DNA from: Bacillota bacterium
GTDB lineage: Bacteria > Bacillota > Clostridia > CAKSNL01 > HGM11501
Length of the DNA: 64,000 bases
NCBI GenBank assembly: GCA_030705805.1
Contig: JAUZPY010000001.1
Coordinates: 8,073 to 72,072 of the forward strand
Reading direction: 5' to 3'
The translations under genes and the position numbers were made by a program. The notes below the pieces were generated by a model. It was not told where the DNA came from, searched no databases, and saw only the letters and a list, made by a program, of their open reading frames with translations. This document shows, piece by piece, positions 57,961 to 64,000 of this stretch (within the stretch, counting starts at the first letter, position 1; each line of letters opens with the position of its first letter).

Positions 57961-57995
57961 TAGCCCGGCAAGGTAACCTTGCCGGGCTTTTTGTG
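57961..57995 (+). terminator. Rho-independent terminator after serA
   Basis: AGCCCGGCAAGG-TAAC-CTTGCCGGGCT followed by TTTTGTG. Confidence 0.85.
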
Positions 57996-58272
57996 TAAGC
58001 GAATACAATGTATTAGGTGAATCTGATTTAATGTTTTTTTGGGCTCTTTGTCAATAATTGGGGTATAAATCCGCAAGAAGAATTACTTTTGATTCAGCAC
58101 AAACTGCCTTAGAACTTTTATTTGTTTGCGGCTGGTAAAAAGGTACAGGCACAAAAAATTGCATCTAAAGGTCTAAAGGTCTAAAGCTTTAAACATTTAG
58201 ACCTTTAGAAGGATCCATAGAGCACATAAGAAAGCCTTCAAAGCCAAAGAAGACTTATGGTGTTTTTTAGAT

Positions 58273-58306
58273 ACACAAAAAAAGCCGCTTTAGCGGCTTT
58301 TTTTAT
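58273..58306. terminator. Bidirectional intrinsic terminator in the serA/typA convergent gap
   Basis: A7-AAGCCGC-TTTA-GCGGCTT-T7. Confidence 0.7.
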
Positions 58307-58442
58307 TTATGAAGCGGATAGCCTTCCTTTAGGTTATATCTGAAATAACCTAAAAAGAAATTGAAACACCAATTTGCTAAGGCTACAATTCCGGTAATCT
58401 TGGAATTTTTACAAAGTCCCGACCTCACAGGCGAGAAATATT

Positions 58443-60266
58443 TTATTTTCTGCTCTGATGACCAGCTTTAGCCCTGAGATCAGTATTTAATATTCTTTTT
58501 CTTAACCTTAAAGTTTTAGGCGTAACTTCTAACAGCTCATCTTCATTTATAAATTCAAGGGATTGTTCCAAGCTCATTAATCTGGGCGGAGTAAGTTTTA
58601 AGGCGTCATCTGATCCTGAAGCACGAGTATTTGTAACATGCTTTTTCTTGCACACATTTACAACCACGTCATCAAGTCTGCAGTTTTCACCGACTATCAT
58701 TCCCTCATAAACCTTATCTCCGGGATTAGTAAACATTGTTCCCCTATCCTGGGCATTAAATAATCCGTATGCCATAGCAACGCCTGTTTCAAAAGCAACA
58801 AGTGATCCTCTTGATCTCTCAGGTATATCGCCTTTAAAAGGCTCGTAGCCATTTAACATATGATTAAGTACCGCAGTACCCTTAGTTGCAGTTAAAAGCT
58901 CATTTCTGAAGCCTATAAGCCCTCTTGAAGGAATTGTAAATTCAAGTCTTGTATATCCGCCTGAAGAAGGAGACATATTTACAAGCTCTGCTTTTCTTTT
59001 AGCCGAATTTTCCATAACGGCACCTGTAAATTCATCAGGAACATCGATAAATAAGTCTTCAACAGGCTCTGTTAATACGCCGTTTTCCGTTCTGGTAATA
59101 ATTTGGGGTTTAGATACCTGAAATTCATAACCTTGACGGCGCATGTTTTCAATTAATACGGATAGGTGCAGTTCGCCTCTGCCCGATACTACAAAGGAAT
59201 CGGCAGTGTCTGTTTCTTCAACACGAAGACTTATATTGCTCTCAAGTTCTTTAAATAATCTGTCACGTAAGTGTCTGGAGGTAACAAAGTCACCATCCTG
59301 ACCTGCAAAAGGGCTGTTATTTATAGAAAATGTCATAGACATAACAGGCTGGTCAATCTCCACAAAAGGAAGAGGCTCTGGGCAATCGGTTGCACATATA
59401 GTTTCACCGATATTTATGTCTGTAATTCCGCTCATGGCAACAACTTCACCTGCTGAAGCTTCTAAGGTAGAAACTCTCTTTAACCCCTCATAGGTATACA
59501 GGGCAGCAATCTTAGCATTCTTCACATTGCCTTCCTTTGTGCAAACTGCTACCTGACTGTTAGTAGTTATTGTTCCGCGCTCAATTGTACCTACGGCTAT
59601 ACGACCTGTATAATCGTCAAAGTCAATATTAGATACAATCATCTGGAAAGGCTTGTCCGGCGTGCCCTTTGGAGCCGGAACATGATTTACAATTAAATCA
59701 AATAAAGGCTCCATGGAACCTTCGGTAGCATCAGCTTTCATATCTGCCCAGCCGTCTCTGCCGGAAGCAAAAATTACGGGGGAATCAAGCTGCTCATCCG
59801 TAGCATCCAAATCAATAAAAAGCTCCAACACCTGATCAACTACCTCGTATGGTCTGGCATTTGGCCTATCTACTTTATTTACAACTATAATAGGAACAAG
59901 ATCTAAGGCTAATGCCTTTTTAAGAACAAACCTGGTTTGAGGCATACAGCCCTCAAATGCATCGACTAAAAGAAGAACTCCGTCTACCATTTCCAATGCA
60001 CGTTCTACTTCGCCGCCAAAATCAGCATGGCCCGGAGTATCTACTATATTTATTTTAACACCTTCATAATATAATGAGGTGTTTTTTGCAAGTATTGTTA
60101 TACCCCTCTCTCTTTCGAGGTCATTGGAGTCCATTACTCTTTCCTGTACTTGTTCATTTTGTCTAAAGGTACCGCTTTGCTTTAACATAGCGTCAACCAA
60201 AGTTGTCTTACCGTGGTCAACATGAGCAATTATAGCGACATTTCTAATATTCTGTGTTTCCATCAC
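58443..60266 (-). CDS. typA: Translational GTPase TypA/BipA
   Basis: 607 aa with G-motifs ([21 protein letters not shown]) and a BipA-specific C-terminal domain. Confidence 0.95.
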   Translation of the reverse strand: MMETQNIRNVAIIAHVDHGKTTLVDAMLKQSGTFRQNEQVQERVMDSNDLERERGITILAKNTSLYYEGVKINIVDTPGHADFGGEVERALEMVDGVLLLVDAFEGCMPQTRFVLKKALALDLVPIIVVNKVDRPNARPYEVVDQVLELFIDLDATDEQLDSPVIFASGRDGWADMKADATEGSMEPLFDLIVNHVPAPKGTPDKPFQMIVSNIDFDDYTGRIAVGTIERGTITTNSQVAVCTKEGNVKNAKIAALYTYEGLKRVSTLEASAGEVVAMSGITDINIGETICATDCPEPLPFVEIDQPVMSMTFSINNSPFAGQDGDFVTSRHLRDRLFKELESNISLRVEETDTADSFVVSGRGELHLSVLIENMRRQGYEFQVSKPQIITRTENGVLTEPVEDLFIDVPDEFTGAVMENSAKRKAELVNMSPSSGGYTRLEFTIPSRGLIGFRNELLTATKGTAVLNHMLNGYEPFKGDIPERSRGSLVAFETGVAMAYGLFNAQDRGTMFTNPGDKVYEGMIVGENCRLDDVVVNVCKKKHVTNTRASGSDDALKLTPPRLMSLEQSLEFINEDELLEVTPKTLRLRKRILNTDLRAKAGHQSRK

Positions 60267-60358
60267 AAACTCTTCTTTCTCCCATCAAGACTTAATTTTT
60301 TAGTTTTTACATAACTTTATTATTTTACAACTTTTGATATAATTTGTCAAGAAAAGGA

Positions 60359-61120
60359 TTATAAATAAAGAAGTTTTTGAGAAAATTTAATTTGTTCGTT
60401 ACTGTTTAAGCTGTTTAAAATAGTAATTTTCCCTTTTTTATTACTGTGACTCAAAGTTCCATCTTCCTCAAGCCGCCTTTTAGTTTCTCTGGCTGTTCCT
60501 TCTCCCCCGTCAAATATTGCAACATTTCCAAAAACTTTTAAAATGGATTTTTTAATAAAAGGATAATGCGTGCAGCCGAGAACCACGGAATCAATTTTTT
60601 TATTTTTTAGAGGTTTAAAAAGCTCCTTCAAATATGCTTCCATTTCATTTCCTTCAAGTATGCCCTTTTCTATCATAGCCGCAAGGTTATGACAAGGTAA
60701 AGAAATTATTTCTGCCCTGTCGGAATAATGGCTCATAAGGTCATGAAACTTGTGCTCATGCAGTGTAATGGGTGTACCCATTACAACAATAACGGAATTT
60801 TCTTTATGGAGGACTGCCGGCTTTAATGCGGGCTCAACTCCGATAATAGGAATCTCGGGATGCTTTTTTCTAAGACTCTCGGCAGCTACACTGGTGGCAG
60901 TATTACAAGCAATAACGACAGCCTTGGCATCCATTGAAATTAATTTTTCTACATTCTCTGTGGCCAATTTTTGTACCTCTTCGGCTGCCTTACTGCCATA
61001 TGGAGCGTTGGCAGAGTCCCCCATATATATGTAGTTTTCGTTAGGCATGAGTTTAACAAGCTCTTTTAGTATACTGATTCCTCCCACACCGGAATCAAAT
61101 ACTCCAATTGGTCTATTCAT
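60359..61120 (-). CDS. murI: Glutamate racemase
   Basis: 253 aa with PIGVFDSGVGG and the two catalytic Cys regions (VIACNTA, VLGCTHYP). Confidence 0.9.
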   Translation of the reverse strand: MNRPIGVFDSGVGGISILKELVKLMPNENYIYMGDSANAPYGSKAAEEVQKLATENVEKLISMDAKAVVIACNTATSVAAESLRKKHPEIPIIGVEPALKPAVLHKENSVIVVMGTPITLHEHKFHDLMSHYSDRAEIISLPCHNLAAMIEKGILEGNEMEAYLKELFKPLKNKKIDSVVLGCTHYPFIKKSILKVFGNVAIFDGGEGTARETKRRLEEDGTLSHSNKKGKITILNSLNSNEQIKFSQKLLYL

Positions 61121-61144
61121 AAAGTATCAGTCTTTCAAAAATTA

Positions 61145-61777
61145 TTAATCATCAACCGCAGATGATGAAATTTTATAAGCTAAGGTCATAAGGCTATCTG
61201 TAAGATGTACTGTTTCCACAGGAAGTGAACTGGTAATTTCCACATGAGAGAAATTCCATAGACCTTTAAAGCCAAAGGCCTCTAATTTTTTAGCCATGTT
61301 GGCAGTGCTTTCCTTGGGTATAGTCAGAGCACCGATATCCGGATGGTCCTTTTCACAAAACTCCTCAAGGTCATCAATATTCATAACCGTTAAGTTTCCT
61401 GCCTTTTTTCCTATTAAATCGGGGTTGTTATCAAATATCCCAACAAACTTAAAACCCCTTTTTGCAAAACCGGGATAATTTAAAATGGCATGTCCTAAAT
61501 TTCCCGCACCAATTACTACAACTTTATAATGTTTATCAAGACCCAAAATTTTGCTTATTTCATTTCTTAAGCTTTTAACATTGTATCCGTAGCCTTGTTG
61601 TCCAAAACCACCGAAAAAATTCAAGTCCTGCCTTACCTGGGACGCAGTAAATCCAAGCTTTTTGCTTAATACCTGTGATGATATTCTTTCTATGCCCATA
61701 TCGTTTAAGTCGCTCAAATATCTGTAATATCTTGGAAGTCTTCTTATAACAACAAGCGGTACTTTTTTCTGTTCCAT
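61145..61777 (-). CDS. rex: Redox-sensing transcriptional repressor Rex
   Basis: 210 aa with a winged-helix N-terminus (RRLPRYYRYL) and a Rossmann domain (VVVIGAGNLGHAILNY). Confidence 0.9.
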   Translation of the reverse strand: MEQKKVPLVVIRRLPRYYRYLSDLNDMGIERISSQVLSKKLGFTASQVRQDLNFFGGFGQQGYGYNVKSLRNEISKILGLDKHYKVVVIGAGNLGHAILNYPGFAKRGFKFVGIFDNNPDLIGKKAGNLTVMNIDDLEEFCEKDHPDIGALTIPKESTANMAKKLEAFGFKGLWNFSHVEITSSLPVETVHLTDSLMTLAYKISSSAVDD

Positions 61778-61798
61778 TATCCCATCTCCTTTTGAAAT

Positions 61799-62431
61799 TT
61801 ATATTAAATTATCATATGCAACATAACGTTCATCAATTTTTTTTATACCGGCTCTGCCCATGGCAGCCTCGGTTATAACACTTTCGAATTGCTGACAGTT
61901 TTGTGAAAGTACGCAAACATTAAGTTTGACATCCGTTTCATAGACGGGCTCTTCTATAGTCAGATCAAGGCACCTTAATTCATATTCGATTTTGCCAAGC
62001 AGATGATAGTCAACATGAATTTCATATACTGTGCTGTAGCGCATAAATACGGGATGAGCTTTTTCAATTCCAATCGAAGCACTATGTCCGTAAGCTCTTA
62101 CAAGGCCGCCTCCCCCAAGAAGTATACCTCCGAAATATCTGGTAACAACCACCGCAATATCTGTAAGACCCTGCTTTTTTATCGTATCCAATACAGGAAT
62201 ACCTGCGGTTCCCTGAGGCTCACCATCATCGGAAAACCTCTGGATATTATTTTCCCGAACTACGTATGCATATACATTATGCTTTGCATCTTGATGTTTT
62301 TTCCTAATTCTATTCACAAAATCCAGAGCTTCATTTTCAGTTGAAGCAGGACAGGCATATCCTATAAACCGGGATTTTTTTTCAATAAATTCAGAGAAAG
62401 CTTCCTGCTCAATTGTTTTATAGTCTTTCAT
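61799..62431 (-). CDS. YigZ/IMPACT-family protein (UPF0029)
   Basis: 210 aa. KSRFIGYACP...HNVYAYV...QRFSDDGEPQGTAG...VVTRYFGGILLGGGGLVRAY is the conserved YigZ core. Confidence 0.8.
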   Translation of the reverse strand: MKDYKTIEQEAFSEFIEKKSRFIGYACPASTENEALDFVNRIRKKHQDAKHNVYAYVVRENNIQRFSDDGEPQGTAGIPVLDTIKKQGLTDIAVVVTRYFGGILLGGGGLVRAYGHSASIGIEKAHPVFMRYSTVYEIHVDYHLLGKIEYELRCLDLTIEEPVYETDVKLNVCVLSQNCQQFESVITEAAMGRAGIKKIDERYVAYDNLI

Positions 62432-63683
62432 ATTTTCTTAACCTTTCAAAGGTAATATCATCAAGCATTACTTCTAATAAGGTTCCTGAATCAACATACT
62501 GAGAGGAAACAATCAGCTCATTCTCATGAAGAAGAGAGACAGCTGATCCATCTGAATACGGAATTAACAGTTTTACAAGCCTTTTTTTCTTAGGAAGTAC
62601 ATCTTCTATAATCTCTTTTAAAGTATCCAGCCCTTCCCCGTTTTTTGCGGAAATTTCAACAAAATGTTCAAATCCAAACCGCCCGATAAACGGCTGGGTC
62701 AAAGCGTCAACTTTATTAAATACTCCTATTACCGGTTTACCGCTGCATCCAAGCTCTTTTAACAGGTTATTTACGACTTCAATTTGATTTTCCATTTCAG
62801 GGCTTGATGAATCAATAACATGAATAAGGATATCAGCTGTAGCAGCTTCTTCAAGTGTAGACTTAAAAGCTTCTATAAATTGATGCGGCAACCTTCTTAT
62901 AAATCCTACGGTATCAATAATCTTAACTTTTCTGCTATCTGCTAAAGTTAAATCCCTAGAGGTTAAATCCAAAGTTTCAAACAGTCTGTTTTTAGCAGAC
63001 ACATCCGAACCGGTAAGCGCATTAATAAGCGTTGACTTCCCGGCATTGGTATAGCCTACTATTGCGGCTGTCATAATTCCGTCTTTTTTTCGTCTGGTCC
63101 TTAAAGATTCCCTGCGTTTTTCAATTTCAGACAGATCGCTTTTTAATGAATTAACTCTTCTCATAATATGTCTGCGGTCGCTTTCTAACTTAGATTCACC
63201 GGGACCTCTTGTACCGATTCCGCCGCCTAACCTAGACAGCTGTTTACCCATACCCGAAAGTCTTGGCAGCATATATTTAAGCTGCGCCAGCTCAACTTGT
63301 ATTTTACCTTCAGCTGAACGCGCCCTTTGAGCAAAGATATCCAAAATCAAAGTGTTTCTGTCTATTACAGTTACATCTTCTAATACATTTTCTATATTTC
63401 TTATCTGAGAACCTGTTAATTCATCATCTACAACAACCATCGTTGCATTAAGTTCATTGCAGCAAATTTTCAGTTCTTCAAGCTTTCCTTCTCCGAAATA
63501 TGTTCCAGTTTCAAGAACCTGACGGTTTTGTACCATCTCACCTACCACTAAAGCCCCAGCAGTATCTACGAGCTCAGAGAGTTCATGCATGGATTCTTCG
63601 GTGGTATCCATCAGTTTAAACTTTGCATCAGTATGGACGCCTGCAATTATAACCCTGTCAATTGATTTAAAATTATCTTCCAT
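62418..63683 (-). CDS. hflX: GTPase HflX
   Basis: 421 aa with an HflX N-terminal domain, G-domain motifs (GYTNAGKSTL, DTVGF, NKVD), and a 14-nt overlap with yigZ. Confidence 0.9.
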   Translation of the reverse strand: MEDNFKSIDRVIIAGVHTDAKFKLMDTTEESMHELSELVDTAGALVVGEMVQNRQVLETGTYFGEGKLEELKICCNELNATMVVVDDELTGSQIRNIENVLEDVTVIDRNTLILDIFAQRARSAEGKIQVELAQLKYMLPRLSGMGKQLSRLGGGIGTRGPGESKLESDRRHIMRRVNSLKSDLSEIEKRRESLRTRRKKDGIMTAAIVGYTNAGKSTLINALTGSDVSAKNRLFETLDLTSRDLTLADSRKVKIIDTVGFIRRLPHQFIEAFKSTLEEAATADILIHVIDSSSPEMENQIEVVNNLLKELGCSGKPVIGVFNKVDALTQPFIGRFGFEHFVEISAKNGEGLDTLKEIIEDVLPKKKRLVKLLIPYSDGSAVSLLHENELIVSSQYVDSGTLLEVMLDDITFERLRKYERL

Positions 63684-63977
63684 GCAAAAGCTCCTTTAAA
63701 ATAATTTAAATTATTATAGCATAGACTTTATAAAATGTCAAAAGCCGCCAATTTATTTCTTAGATAAAATGCAAAAAAAATTCAAAGTTAAATTAACAGT
63801 ATTTTGTTTCTGCTTTAAGTTTTAATACCTCATTATTTTGATATTTATAAGAATATTTATGCCTTAACCGTTATAATGAGGTAAATTTTTAGAAAATATA
63901 TAAAAAAAGTTTTTTTATATTGCAATTTTAGCTAAATAACTGTAAAATAAAAAGAAGTATATATTAGGAGGAAGGAT

Positions 63978-64000
63978 ATGAAAATATCACAAATTTACAG
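63978..64000 (+). CDS. Start of an unidentified plus-strand gene (only the first 23 nt, through the 8th codon, are in the window)
   Basis: An ATG at 63978 preceded by AGGAGG 7 nt upstream; MKISQIY... continues past the window edge. Confidence 0.35.

Noticed and set aside
58170-58215. Possible CRISPR array, because of the repeated CTAAAGGTCT units
   Set aside because: There are only two or three 10-nt copies with no spacers of regular length, and no cas genes in the window.
57994-58442. tRNA, tmRNA or other structured RNA gene in the 450-nt serA/typA gap
   Set aside because: No cloverleaf-compatible segments (no GTTCRANYC T-loop and no acceptor-stem complementarity) were seen, only terminators and the short palindromic repeat.
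1-64000. Mobile element, prophage or genomic island
   Set aside because: No integrase, transposase or recombinase ORFs, no inverted terminal repeats, and no visible shift in base composition. The accessory-looking loci are embedded in syntenic core operons.

Overview
This 64 kb window is low-GC chromosomal DNA that looks like a spore-forming Clostridia-class Firmicute, judging by spoIVA, gpr, yabP-yabQ-divIC-yabR, a SpoVAC/SpoVAEB-family gene and a split transketolase. It is gene-dense, mostly encoded on the minus strand, and dominated by conserved housekeeping operons: ispH(partial)-plsC-cmk, pcrA, a split transketolase, ktrBA, ispE, pncB, ecfA1-ecfA2-ecfT-truA, ruvCAB, argGH, uvrBA, serCA, typA, and murI-rex-yigZ-hflX. 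Many intergenic regions carry clear rho-independent terminator hairpins. A THF (folate) riboswitch precedes an ECF S-component gene that I call folT. I found no transposase, integrase, CRISPR array, tRNA or rRNA, and no obvious compositional island. The less ordinary content is as follows. (1) A four-gene operon encodes an unusually long HlyD-like adaptor with a Gly/Met-rich tail, a MacB-type ABC ATPase and permease, and a 756-aa SLH-domain wall protein. (2) Three tandem secreted or lipoprotein genes carry copper-amine-oxidase-N1-like stalk domains. (3) A regulator-less sugar-acid operon encodes an enolase-superfamily dehydratase, a GH10-like hydrolase, an SDR and a long RraA-like putative aldolase. 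(4) A TSUP (TauE/SafE) transporter is split into two half-size ORFs overlapping by 22 nt, next to an orphan SpoVAC/SpoVAEB-family gene. (5) Smaller oddities include an orphan terminator in the ispE leader, a long-form PRPP-synthetase paralog, a short QueG-like Fe-S protein, an unknown small protein co-transcribed with pncB, and palindromic or stem-loop elements in convergent intergenic regions. All calls rest on reading the sequence and the translations by eye, because no searches could be run. Product names that rest only on domain-level resemblance are marked with lower confidence.
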